Source: Eledone cirrhosa (taxonomy: Eukaryota). From it: a stretch of DNA of 64,000 nucleotides. Below the pieces are notes generated by a model that was not told the origin of the DNA, did no database searches, and saw nothing but the letters and a program-made list of their open reading frames with translations. Shown one piece after another: positions 16,299 to 30,159 of this stretch (its first letter is position 1; each line of letters begins with the position of its first letter). The stretch covers positions 324,012,001 through 324,076,000 of the forward strand of contig OZ024740.1 in NCBI GenBank assembly GCA_964016885.1, written 5' to 3'. A program made the translations under genes and the position numbers.

Positions 16299-16390
16299 TT
16301 AGCCCGGGTTCAATCGGAGGTAACCACAGTAAGTAAGGTACTCAATACATAGCAGAGTATAAATATTTAATATAGAAATGGCTTCTACAG
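16299..16390 (-). mobile_element. 3' tail fragment of the hammerhead-bearing family H1
   Basis: GGGTTCAATCGGAGGTAACCACAGTAAGTAAGGTACTCAATACATAGCAG is shared with 19400, 20923 and 57540. Confidence 0.75.
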
Positions 16391-16414
16391 ATGTAGAGTT
16401 TTAATATTCCTTAT

Positions 16415-16580
16415 TCGGACGCCATGCTTTGAAGCATAGTGTTACCTCCCTTTATGATCTGAGTTCAAATCCCGCCGAGGTTAACAGAGCCTATAATCCT
16501 TACGGGGTCGATAAAATAAAGTACCAGTAATGCACTGAATATTTTCTGGCCTTGTGCCAAAAGTAGAAACAATTATTATT
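16415..16580 (+). mobile_element. SINE family A
   Basis: B-box, body and 3' end with ATT tail. Confidence 0.85.
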
Positions 16581-16904
16581 ACGTCTAAAAAGTGAGTCTA
16601 TATATATATACACATACGCACACGCATATATATATATATATATATATTCGACTGGCCTCTTCCTCGGACTTCCACTCACTCGCTCTCTGTGTCTCCCCTT
16701 CTCACTTCCTCCCGTTTGGCCTGTAGTGGGTTCTCTTCTTGCTCACATCTCACTCACGTCGGACGGTCTGTATTTCCTCCGCTTATGAAATCCACACAGC
16801 TTAAGCTGACCGGATCCCCATGCGCTTGTTTTTTCCTATCTTTGCGTTGCTATCCCTCCTTGTTGTTTACTGTCTCGCTCGCTTTACGCGATTTACTTAT
16901 CACA

Positions 16905-17222
<318 letters not shown>

Positions 17223-17972
17223 GTGTGTATTGATTCTAAGGGTTTTTAATTGACAAAATACTCATTGCTAAAGGGGGAAATAAATGAGAGAGACGGGTTT
17301 TATGTTTCCGCGGGTGTCATTGAAATAATGTTGATTACTGTAACAGATGATGAACAGAACAGATTTGGTTATCGTATTATTTCAATGGGAGATATCAGCA
17401 TCAATGATAGATGAATGGCAGAGGTGGAGGTGGAGGTGGAGGTGGGGTGGGGTGGGATGGGGTGAAGGTGGAACAAGAAAGTGGAAGGTGTTGAGCAATG
17501 TAGTGATATAGAGGAAGAGGTGTAAATAGATAGATACATAAATACAGAGAATCATATTTATATGTATGTGGATAGATAGATGAATAGCTAAGTAGAGCAG
17601 GAGGAGAGAGGGAATGGGAAGGAGGGAGAGACATAGAGAGAGAGGGAGAGAGAGAGATAGGATGCGTGCAACTGAAGAAGCCAATGATGTTGAGATGTAA
17701 ATGCGAAGACGGAAAGAAAGAAACGAGTAATTGATAAAGGAGAGAAAGAATTATTTTGTAAGAAGAAAATAAAGAGAAAAATGATCGTAAAGAGACAGAC
17801 ACAGACACACACACACAGACACACACACACACACACACACACACACATCTAGGTACTTATACGCATATATGCATATGCACGTATACACACGCACATTAGA
17901 TGTAGGAAAATCTTGTCTTACAGAAAGAGAAAATCATTATACATATATAATACTTTCTTATTTTCATTTCTT

Positions 17973-18029
<57 letters not shown>

Positions 18030-18197
18030 TAAAATAATATAAGGAAGGAAGGGGAAGATGAATATGCAATGGGTTGGTCTTGGAGAGGAGGAATTACTGA
18101 TGGAACCGATATTGGAATCCAGAGAGGCGTGATGGTATATCTAATGAAGTGCGTTTACATGAAACAGAAAATACAAAATATGCAAACAAAATCATGC

Positions 18198-18312
<115 letters not shown>

Positions 18313-18452
18313 TATATAAATAAATATAAATATATATATATATAAATAAATATAAATATATATATATATATAAATAAATTTAAATATAAATATATATAAA
18401 TATAAATATATATAAATATATATATAAATATATATATATAAATATATATATA

Positions 18453-18552
<100 letters not shown>

Positions 18553-18733
18553 GGAGGTGAGTTTTATTGTAGTACAATAAAGCAATGCAGATATCGGATA
18601 AGAAGCACTCTACAGTTTGTGGGACTGGAGTATGCATAATATAAGTATGTTGGAGTATGCATAATATAAGATATGTTGATTTAAAACTGCACTATCCACA
18701 AGTGTTTTTTAGCCTTCATATCATGTTCTCCTG

Positions 18734-18800
18734 TTTTATCTGATGAAAACACAAATATTATTGCTTGATGATGTTTGTTTTTGAAATGCGCATAATAAAA
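18734..18800 (+). ncRNA. Type-I hammerhead ribozyme with long stem II
   Basis: TTTTAT-CTGATGA-[aaacACAAATATTATTG ct TGATGATGTTTGTtttt]-GAAA-TGCGCA-TA-ATAAAA; stem I TTTTAT/ATAAAA, palindromic ATGCGCAT, AUA site (predicted cut after 18794). Confidence 0.75.
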
Positions 18801-18830
18801 TATATGGAACTCCTTTAACCATCTTTTGAT

Positions 18831-18876
<46 letters not shown>

Positions 18877-19399
18877 CAAATAAAGATTCAGCGAGAACCG
18901 CATTTTCGGCGGGCAGGAAAAGCGAAGCGAAACGCAAAAATCAGAAATGATACTGGCAAAGTGCTCAATAGTTAAAAACCAGAGCTAAACAAAACTGAAA
19001 AGGTGGTCAAGAAAGCATTAACCACACAAGCCCAAAACCAAATCAAGCTAAACAGGTCAAAACAAAATAAATGATAAAAAATATATGTATAAATATATAT
19101 ATATATCAACTAGAAATAGATTGACATATATATATATATAAAATAAACAAATGAAACAATCACAGGGAATAATTTGTAAAGTGTGTAAGCACACATAGCT
19201 AGGTAGGTAACTAATTAAAGTTTAACTAGTACTTCAAATATAGATACCTTTTAAAATGATTATAAATATATATATATATATATTAGATAGATAGAGGGGT
19301 TCAGAAATACATCAATCTTGGTTTACAGACATTTATTCCTCGATGATATACAGACACACTCTCATATGTGTGTGGTGTGTGTGTGTGTATATATATACA

Positions 19400-19518
19400 G
19401 GGTTCAATCGGAGGTAACCACAGTAAGTAAGGTACTCAATACATAGCAGAGTATAAATAATTAATATAGAAATAGCTTCTACAGGACTAGAACTGTTTCA
19501 TTCAGGGGAAATCATCAT
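19400..19518 (-). mobile_element. Family H1 copy, truncated within the hammerhead core
   Basis: Minus strand TGATGA-tttcccctgaat-GAAA-cagttctagtcctg-TA followed by the H1 tail. Confidence 0.75.
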
Positions 19519-20922
19519 ATATACACATATACAAACACATATGAGAATATATACATATGGTTGTGTGTGTATGTTTGTTCTTTAGCCACATCAATCGCTC
19601 ATCCAGTGGTTTCTTTCTCTATAATCTGACTGGAAGGTATGTGAAACCTTTGTAGAGAAACCGAAGTTAACCCAATGGTTAAAGTAGAGACCAGATCGTA
19701 TAAATGTTTCAATATCAATCATACCCTCCTTCCAGAGAGATTTTAAGAAAATCCCTAAGTAATGTGTTTGGTATGACCAAAAACACCAGTACTAATATCT
19801 AAAATACCATTATTTATGCACATCCAATTTCATTTCTCTCTCCGTGGGCCGCAGTTTGGCAAAATAAGTTACAAAATATCTGAACAAATATAGGAAGGTC
19901 ATGTATGGAGAGGCGCTGATCATAAATTTGCATGATCAGCGTAAAACCTCGGACTAAAACAAAAACACAATATTTAAAATGGCGTCTTTTTCCACTTAAA
20001 ACTTTCCATCTTTTCGTGGCCTATATATTCTGGCAAACACTGTATTAAAGTGTTTGAGTTAATGCCAAACAACGATAAACCCTTCAGCAACAACAGAAAG
20101 TTCTCAAGACCTCTCGATTTACGGGCAATTAGGTCAAACTACAATGAACTTTATTTCACCAATAGACAATGTAAAGCTGCTGGTTTTTATTCTCAATAAA
20201 TTAGACTTACACGTATTTCTTTCATCAGTCAGTGATTACTTTACAGGCCCGCCGGCTGCTATCAATTCATGCCACATATGCGCAATGGTTGAATTGAGAA
20301 ATTACAATACTGTAAGTGTGTGTATGCGTGTATGTATGAATACATATTAAGACGTGCGCTAGAAGGTAGCCGATGTATGTATACAGATATAACTTTATAC
20401 ATACATACATACATACATACATACATACATACATACATACATACATACATACATACATACATACATGGTGGCTGCCAACTCGTTTTCGAGTACGGCCACC
20501 ACTTTATATCCATGTAGGAGAACCCCTACCGATGCACTGAACGAGTGTGACCCCCCAGTCCAGCCAGCGACTTGAAAACTCTGGTACAAACACTACACTT
20601 GTGACAATTATTGACACATAGTGCTGGGTCCATGGTACCACGTGACGACAAATGCAGAGAGATCTCCAGATATAAAGCAATGCCTGTGCCGTGAAGCTTT
20701 TATAGTGAGCAAAGGCACTGCACAAAGCAGTCCCACTCTCTTAACCAATATGATATTTACCAACAAGAAGAACAAGTCAACATCATTGGATACCATCAGG
20801 GTTGCAGGTGTTATATCAGAGTTTTCCTTCTCCTAGAATTCTGCCTTGACAAAGGCTAAGGGGTCATACATATATACATACATACATATATACATAAATA
20901 TATATTTATATATATATAAAAA

Positions 20923-21086
20923 GTTTATCCCGGGCTCAATCGGGGATAACCACAGTAAGTAAGGTACTCAATACATAGCAGAATATAAATATTTAATATA
21001 GAAATGGCTTCTACAGGACTAGAACTGTTTCATTCAGGAGAAATCATCAGGGTTTCTTGATGAATTCTCCTGAATGAAACAGTTCT
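20923..21086 (-). mobile_element. Family H1 copy with intact hammerhead core and short inverted 5' end
   Basis: Core at 21012-21050 on the minus strand; ~21057-21086 is an inverted copy of ~21021-21050. Confidence 0.75.
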
Positions 21087-21317
21087 CGTATATATAAATT
21101 TATTAATTTATTATTTGTATGACCCGAATTTTCCTGGTCGCTTTTTTCGGCTGTGCGAATGATTTTAAGCATTGTCTCTATGTGTTGGTATTTAAACGAT
21201 AGTTATAGCTCTGGTTTATCCAAACTATTGAGTCATTTGCCATGCATTTCGAAGATTGTGTTTCGTTATTTCGTGGGCCGAGATTCCGATTCTCGATAAT
21301 TTATTTGTATTTTTATT

Positions 21318-21381
<64 letters not shown>

Positions 21382-21454
21382 GTATTCTGGAATCTTCTTG
21401 TAGATCACTTTACGTTTAAATCCTTGTCACTAATAAGGAAATAATATCACTGGC

Positions 21455-22388
21455 AATAATAATGGTTTTTAATTTTGGCACAAGGCCAGCAATTTTGTGA
21501 TGACGGTGAAATCGATTATATCGATCCCAGTACTTGACTGGTACTTTATCAACCTCGGAAGGATGAAAGGCAAAGGTAACATCGGTGGAATTTGAACTCA
21601 GAAAGTAAAGAGCCGGAACAAATGCTACTACGAATATGTCCAAAGTTCTGATTCTGCCAAATCCATCGCCCTGACAATGGTTTTTACTTGAGGCACAAGG
21701 CCAGTAATTTTCGGGAGAGGAAGTCGATTAAATCGACCTCAGTACTCGACTCATTATTAGTTACCTTCAAGGGTCGGACGCCATGCTTTGCAGCATAGAG
21801 TTGCGGCCCTTTACGATCTGAGTTCAAATCCCGCCGAGGTTAACTTTGCCTTTCATCCTTACGGGGTCGATAAAATAAAGTACCAGTAATGTACTGGATA
21901 GTTGATAGCCTTGTGCCAAAAGTAGAAACAATTATTAGTTAACTTCATCTTTTATCCTTATGGGGTCGATAAAATAAAGTACTAGTCAAGCATTGGAGGA
22001 GATTTAATAGACCCCCCCCCCTTCCGCAAAAAAAAAGAAAAATGCCGGCACTGTGTCTAAATAAGAAACTGGTGAATTGGCAGTATTGGTAGAGGGTTGG
22101 ACGCCATGCTTTCTAGCATAGTTACGTCCCTTTATGATCTGAGTTCAAATCCGGTCGAGGTTAACTTTTCCTTTCATACTTACGGGGGTGGATAAAATAA
22201 AGTACCAGGGTAATTTCTGGCCTTGTGCCAAAAGTAGAAACAATTATTAGTTAATGACTCTTTCGTCCATTTCCTGCCTTTCCTACCAATATTATTTGGG
22301 TTCATCCTTACGGGGTCGATAAAATAAAGTACCAGTAATACACTGGAATAATTGCTGGCCTTGTACCAAAAAGTAGAAACAATTATTT
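21455..22388. mobile_element. Cluster of about 6 SINE family A copies/fragments (2 minus, then 4 plus)
   Basis: Repeated body and 3' motifs at ~21455, 21675 (-) and ~21768, 21945, 22071, 22300 (+). Confidence 0.85.
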
Positions 22389-22747
22389 TGGTTTATAAGT
22401 CTACAAACATATTCTATAATTCATACCTCTTCTCCCTCCCAATATCAACGACAATTATGAAAAAATCAACTATAATGACAACAACATCACAAACACTAAC
22501 ACAGCCACAAACAACAACTGTACTCACAAAAAGCAATGTTATAGAAGAATGTTGATAGAAACTTTCAAATATTGATACAAATTTAATAGAAACAAAATGT
22601 AGCATTATTTAAAATTCTTAGTAAAAATAAAGAAACACAATTTAAAAAAAATAATTCAGTAGATGTAAAACTATTGATTAATTATTAACATAGTATCTAT
22701 CGTAATTAGGTCATTATGTATATGGAGGTTTTAATGGGTCATTTATT

Positions 22748-22986
22748 TTAACTCTTCTGTTACCATATTTCTAGTGAAAAACATTGCGTAAGGTTTTCAA
22801 ATAATTTTGAAAATAATCAGGAATTTCGAGGGAGGTAGTAACATAATCAAAGTTCTCATAGCAGCAGAACTTAAAGGTTCTTACATAATATTATGGAAAG
22901 TTTCAATTTATATATAAAAATGTTAAAACAGTTTTGTATCGTAGAACAAAGTACGTTTTCAGGTAGTTTGTTATTAAAGGGGTAAA
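22748..22986. mobile_element. Possible degenerate TTAA-type MITE
   Basis: Ends TTAACTCTTCTGTTAC and GTTATTAAAGGGGTAA resemble imperfect TIRs. Confidence 0.35.
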
Positions 22987-23565
22987 ATAATCGCCAAAAA
23001 TGTGTGTGCGTGTATAAATATATATATATACACACACACACTTATATGAAAGTTTCGGTACTTACTGGGATTGAACCATCATTCAGGGTGATATCAAACT
23101 GTTTAACTACCAAACACTATGATTGAGGTTAGAGTTTATAGTTATGCCTTGTCATATTTTTCTGCTTTTATCTTGATTTATAAAGATTGTCAAAGTACGT
23201 ATAGACAAATATTCATCACACAGAGATAACTAGATACACGCACACATATAGTATACGTATGTATGTATAAATATATAAATATATATTCTGTACTAAATAT
23301 GCATATATGTTATATTTTTTGAAATTGTATTTTTTATGTATATTTATTATAATCACTTGGTATAAGGTGTGTGTGTATGTGTGAGCGCGCACGCGTTATG
23401 CGAATGAGTGGGCGTGTGTAAACATATATTTATGTTACGTTCATGTATGTGTATTGTCTTACATTGTATGTGTATGTGTGTATGTATATGAGTATATGCC
23501 TGACGTTAGAAATTGTCCGAAGAGAGGATGTGATTTTGAAATAGCGTGAAGTGTTAAAGGCTTTT

Positions 23566-23629
<64 letters not shown>

Positions 23630-23910
23630 CATGGTGGTGGTGATGGTGGTGGTGGTGGTGGTGGTGGTGATGCAATTGTGGCTAGACAGGGTGATGTAGT
23701 GGTGATGGAAGGTTTTAATTAACTCAACTAATACAGTTGGAGATGATAGTAGCAGAGCTATGGTGATGGTGGCGGCGGCGTGGCTACCAATTAAAAGGTG
23801 ATGTGAGTGATGATGGTGGCTTTGGGCGTTTAGGTGTTGATGGGGAGGAGGTGGTTTTGATGGTGATGGCAATTGAGGTGTAGATGGAAGTTTGTGTAGC
23901 GTCGCCGGAT

Positions 23911-23949
<39 letters not shown>

Positions 23950-25064
23950 AGAGTGAATAAGGCGAAAAGTGTGTTAATGGTAGTAGTAGGGCTGGTGGTT
24001 TTTACTGTTTAGCCTCCTATGATCAATGGTATTCCAATCGTGGCCATCTCTTCTTTTTCCTATATGAAGGGAACCCGAGATTACATTATCCAACGTGATA
24101 TTTTAAAATTGGAGAGTGATTAAAACGGGAGATTTGGCTGCTGTTTCTAGCATGTCAAACGACCATATAAAGGTTTGCACGTTGTGGTAATTGTGGTACT
24201 GAGTGGATATTGTGTTGGTGTGGTTATTTATTGTGGTGGAGCTGGTGGTAGTATCTGAATGATAATGTTGTTATTGTTGTTGGTTAAGGGGTTGGTGATG
24301 TTGGTTATGGTGATGTTATTGTTGGTAGGTGTTGGTGAAGGTGGCGGTGATTGGAGTGACGTTGGTGATGATTGGAGTGGTGCTGGTGATGTTGATGATT
24401 GGTGTGATGTTGGTGGTAGCGGTGTTGGTAGTACTGGTGGTGTTGATTGAGGTGGTATTAACTGTGTTAGGTGGTGTTGTTGGTGGGGGTAGTGATTGAA
24501 GTGGTATTGATGGTGGTGATGTTGGTTAGAGTTGTGGTGGTGTTGGTGGTGTTGTTGGTTAGTGTGTTGATGGTGAGGGTTGTGTTTGTGTTGTTGGTTA
24601 GGGTGGTGGTAGTGTTGGTGTTGGTGAGGTGGAGGTTTTGGTGAGGTGGAGGTTTTGGTGAGGTGGGGGTGTTGATGAGGTGGAGGTGTTGATGATGAAG
24701 TGGAGGTGTTGATGAGGTGGTGGCGGTGTTGTTGTTGGTGGTGATGCTATTAATTTCCACGTGTCCAATATGTAAGCACTGGCGCAATAGAGGAAATCGA
24801 ACGAAGGAACGATAGCAGTGCCAACGACGACAACAACAACAACCACAGCAGCAACAACAACAGCAACAACAACAACAACAACAACAACAACCACAACATC
24901 CACAACAACAACAACAACAACAGTGCTAACAATAACGACAGACTCAAAAGACTAAGAGGAAATGTTACAATGATTTATTGAAAGAGGACTGATGTGTGTG
25001 GTGATGGGGTGTGGAAATCACGAAAGGTATGGCTAGTGGTGGTGGTGGTGGTAGTGGTGGTAGT

Positions 25065-25340
25065 GGTTGTGAGACATAGCATAGTGGTTATGGGATGGTG
25101 TGTGTGGAGATGTTGGTGATGGTGATGATAGTATGGTGGTGATGGTGGTGATGGTGGTGGTGGTAGTGATTGTGAGACATAGCATAGTGGTTATGGGTTG
25201 GGTGTGTGATGTTGGTGATGATAGTGTGGTGGTGATGATGGTGGTGGTGGTGGTGGTAGTGATTGAGAGACATAGCATAGTGGTTATGGGTTGGGTGTGT
25301 GGAGATGTTGGTGATGGTGATGATAGTGTAGTGGTGATGG
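25065..25340. repeat. Three-unit minisatellite (~84-112 bp) in (GGT)n context
   Basis: GAGACATAGCATAGTGGTTATGGG at ~25071, 25183 and 25267. Confidence 0.85.
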
Positions 25341-26209
25341 TGGCGGCAGTGACAAACGGTATGACTCGGTGGTGGTGGTGGTGGTGGTGGTGGTGGTGGT
25401 GGTGGTGGTGGTGGTGGTGGTGGTGGTGGTGGTAGTGTTAAAGACATATTTAGATGGTTGTGTGTGGTGGTATAGTGGTGGTGAGGGTGGAGAAGTATAG
25501 TACCCTAAAGTAGAGGTGGTGGTGGGGGGGGGTAGAAGAAAATCAGCAACTGGAATCAAAGACACGGTACGAGGGAGGAAATGGTGGGGGGGGGCGAGTT
25601 TTTTTTGACAAAATTATTTTGACGTTTAATAGAATTGTGGGATGGGAGTGGGGTAGATATTAGAATGTAGAGGTGGGGGGAAGAGGAATGGGAGAGAGAG
25701 AGAGAGAGAGGGAGGGAGAGGGAGAGAGAGAGAGAGAGAGGTATGGTGGGGGAGACAGATAAGACAATATGAAACATGAACGGAAGAAAGGAGGGAGAAG
25801 GGGGGGAAGCGCAGACTGCGGTGAGGAAGGCGGAGGGGGTAAGAGGAGGAGGGATAGACAATATGAAACATAGGAGAATGGTGTGAGGGGGAAGTTGAGG
25901 GGGAAGTTGAGGGGGAGTAGAATGGTGCAGACTGGGATGAAAGGGGTAGGAGTGGGAGGGAAGAGAAGATAAGACAATAAGGAACATAAAAGGAGGAGTG
26001 GTGGTGAGGGAAGTGGTGGAGGAAGAGAAGAGGTTGAGATCAAGCCGAGATGGGGGGGGGGATAAGACAATATGAAACATATGAGGAGGAGGCGGAGGAT
26101 AATGAGGGGCGGGGTGAGTAAACGATGTGGTTGACATCTTTTGAAAGTTTGCTGAAAGAGAAAATTGGTTTAGTCATTGAAGAATTTAGTTTGGGTTTTG
26201 TTGGTATTT

Positions 26210-26612
26210 TTACTGTTGTTGTTGTTGTTACTGTTGTTGCTGTTGTTGCTGTTGTTACTGTTGCTGTTATTGTTGTTGTTGTTACTGTTGTTGTTGTTGT
26301 TACTGTTGTTGCTGTTGTTACTGTTGTTGGTGCTGTTGTTGGTGTTGTTATTGTTGTTGGTGATGTTATTGTTGTTGTTATTGTTGTTGGTGATGTTGTT
26401 GTTACTGTTGTTGGTGTTGTTACTGTTGTTGTTGTTGTTGTTGGTGGTGGTGATGTTACTGTTGTTGTTGCTGATACTGTTGCCGCTGCTGTTATTGTTG
26501 TAGTTACTGTTACTGTTGTTGTTGTCGCTGCTACTGTTGTTACTGTTGTCGTAGTTGGCATATTGTTACTGTTGTTGTTGCTGTTGTTATTGCTACTGCT
26601 GCTGTTATTAGT
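26210..26612. repeat. Degenerate (GTT)n trinucleotide repeat
   Basis: Direct reading. Confidence 0.9.
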
Positions 26613-26626
26613 TATAGTCACAATTA

Positions 26627-26780
26627 TTGCAGCATAGAGTTTCGCCCCTTTACGGTCTGAGTTCAAATCCCGCCGAAGTAAACTTTGCCTTTCATCCTTA
26701 CGGCGTCGATAAAATAAAGTACCAGTAATACACTGGGTAATTGCTGGCCTTGTTCCAAAAGTGGGAAACAATTATTATTA
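26627..26780 (+). mobile_element. SINE family A, 5'-truncated
   Basis: B-box, body and 3' end. Confidence 0.85.
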
Positions 26781-27259
26781 CTGTTACTATCAGTTATCGT
26801 TATTGCTATTATTGTTGACATCGTTGTTCCTGTTGTTGTTGATGTTGATGTTGTCATTATAGTTGATACCGTTGTTGTTGTTATTGCTACTTTGTTATTA
26901 TTCCAGTTGTATAGATTGTGGCTGAGTATCTCGGGGAATATTTCAATAAACTCCTCTTTATATTGATAGGTACTCTATGTGTCATCGTTGTTTAGATATG
27001 TGCAATGTCATCGAGTCATCAATACATTTTAACAACTATAACAACAACAACAACAACCACAGTTGCAGCATCATCACTAACAACAACAACAACATCATTA
27101 TCAATCTTACTACTCCTTTCTCTACCAATTACCTACCACCACCACCATCGCCTACTCCAACAACATCGACAACTAGAACAATAATAAGAGAGGCATAATC
27201 ACCGTCATACTTACTCTTTGCATCATCCATACACTCACTCTTCATTATGAATGCCAACC

Positions 27260-29745
27260 CCGCCACCACCACCACCACAAACAACAACGACAACAACAGC
27301 AACGGCACACCATCACCACCACCAACAACAACGACGGCACACCATCATCACCACCACCAACAACAACGACGGCACACCATCATCACCACCACCACTAACA
27401 ACAACTACGGCACACCATCATCACCACCACCAACAACAACTACGGCACACCATCACCACCACCACCAACAACAACTACGGCACACCATCATCATCACCAC
27501 CAACAACAACAACGACGGCACACCATCATCACCACCACCAACAACAACGACGGCACACCATCATCACCACCACCAACAACAACTACGGCACACCATCATC
27601 ACCACCACCAACAACAACTACGGCACACCATCATCATCACCACCAACAACAACAACGACGGCACACCATCATCACCACCACCAACAACAACTACGGCACA
27701 CCATCATCACCACCACCACCAACAACAACGGCACACTATCACCACCACCACCAACAACAACGACGACACACCATCATCACCACCAACAACAACAACGACG
27801 GCACACCATCATCACCACCACCACCAACAACAACTACGGCACACCATCACCACCACCACCAACAACAACGACGGCACACCATCACCACCACCAACAACAA
27901 CGACGACACACCATCATCACCACCACCAACAACAACTACGGCACACCATCACCACCAACAACAACGACGGCACACCATCATCACCACCAACAACGACGGC
28001 ACACCATCATCACCACCAACAACAACTACGGCACACCATCATCACCACCAACAACAACTACGGCACACCATCATCACCACCACCAACAACAACTACGGCA
28101 CACCATCACCACCACCACCAACAACGACGGCACACCATCATCACCACCACCAACAACAACGACGGCACACCATCATCACCACCAACAACAACGACAGCAC
28201 ACCATCATCACCACCACCAACAACAACGACGGCACACCATCACCACCACCACCAACAACAACAACGACGGCACACCATCATCACCACCAACAACAACAAC
28301 GAGGGCACACCATCATCACCACCACCACCAACAACAACGACGGCACATCATCATCACCACCACCAACAACAACTACGGCACACTATCACCATCCCCACCA
28401 CCAACAACAACGACGGCACACCATCATCACCACCAACAACAACAACGAGGGCACACCATCATCACCACCACCACCAACAACAACGACGGCACATCATCAT
28501 CACCACCACCAACAACAACTACGGCACACTATCACCATCCCCACCACCAACAACAACGACGGCACACCATCATCACCACCAACAACAACAACGACGGCAC
28601 ACCATCAACACCACCACCATCACCACCAACAACAACAACGACGGCACACCATCAACACCACCACCAACAACAACTACGGCACACCACCATCACCACCAAC
28701 AACAACAACGACGGCACACCATCATCACAACCACCAACAACAACGACGGCACACCATCAACACCACCACCAACAACAACTACGGCACACCACCATCACCG
28801 CCACCAACAACAACTACGGCACACCATCATCACCACCACCAACAACAACAACGTAACACTATCACCATCCCCACCACCAACAACAACGGCACACTATCAC
28901 CATCACCACCACCACCAACAACGACGGCACACCATCATCACCACCACCAACAACAACAACGACGGCACACCATCATCACCACCACCAACAACAACTACGG
29001 CACACCACCATCACCACCACCAACAACAACAACGACGGCACACCATCATCACCACCACCAACAACAACTACGGCACACCATCATCACAACCACCAACAAC
29101 AACTACGGCACACCACCATCACCACCACCACCAACAACGACGGCACACCATCATCACCACCACCAACAACAACAACGACGGCACACCATCATCACCACCA
29201 CCAACAACAACTACGGCACACCACCATCACCACCACCAACAACAACAACGACGGCACACCATCATCACCACCACCAACAACAACTACGGCACACCATCAT
29301 CACAACCACCAACAACAACTACGGCACACCACCATCACCACCACCACCAACAACGACGGCACACCATCATCACCACCACCAACAACAACAACGTAACACT
29401 ATCACCATCCCCACCACCAACAACAACGGCACACTATCACCATCACCACCACCAACAACAACGACGGCACACCATCATCACAACCACCAACAACTACGGC
29501 ACACCATCATCACCACCACCACCAACAACGACGGCACGCCATCATCACCATCAACAACAACAACGACGGCACGCCATCATCACCACCAACAACAACAACT
29601 ACGGCACACCATCATCACCACCACCAACAACAACAACGACGGCACACCATCATCATCACCACCAACAACAACGACGACGGCACACCATCATCACCACCAA
29701 CAACAACAACGACGGCACGCCATCATCACCACCAACAACGTCACA
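27260..29745. repeat. ~2.5 kb variable-length minisatellite ACGGCAC-ACC(ATC)n(ACC)n(AAC)n-[G/T]
   Basis: Fixed ACGGCAC anchor alternating with slipping trinucleotide blocks; units about 31-43 bp. Confidence 0.95.
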
Positions 29746-29916
29746 CTACCATCTCCACCATCGACAACAGACACAAACCATCATCCCTCGTCTCTTATAC
29801 CTCCGTTCTTCATCAACATCACCATCACCATCAACACCATCAGCATGTTTAACACACCCTAACCCCACCACCACCACCATCTCCCACGAACTAAACTGCT
29901 TCTTGTGGTAGCTAAC

Positions 29917-30113
29917 GGCGGTGGATTGGCAGTATCGGTAGAGGGTTGGACACCATGCTTAGCAGCATAGAGTTACGGCTCTTTATAGTCTGACTTGAAA
30001 TCCCACCATGGTTAACTTTGCCTTTCATCCTTACGGGGTCGATAAAATAAAGTACCAGTAATGCACTGGAATATTTGCTGGCCTTGTGCCAAAAATAGAA
30101 ACAATTATTATTA
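29917..30113 (+). mobile_element. SINE family A, full length
   Basis: Starts GGCGGTGGATTGGCAGTATCGG and ends GAAACAATTATTATT. Confidence 0.9.
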
Positions 30114-30159
30114 CTGTCAATCTAATAGTTATAGTTGTAGATACTGTAGTAGATATTTT

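Noticed and set aside
20144-20260. NFISPIDNVKLLVFIL resembling a LINE RT C-terminal motif
   Set aside because: Too short and degenerate to call without a profile search
26040-26771. 243-aa Thr-rich mucin-like ORF
   Set aside because: Starts inside an antisense SINE and runs through a (AAC)n repeat; no signal peptide or splice evidence
27247-29911. 871-aa and 886-aa ORFs as real genes
   Set aside because: Two overlapping frames give the same low-complexity peptide; the lack of stops is explained by T-poor repeat composition
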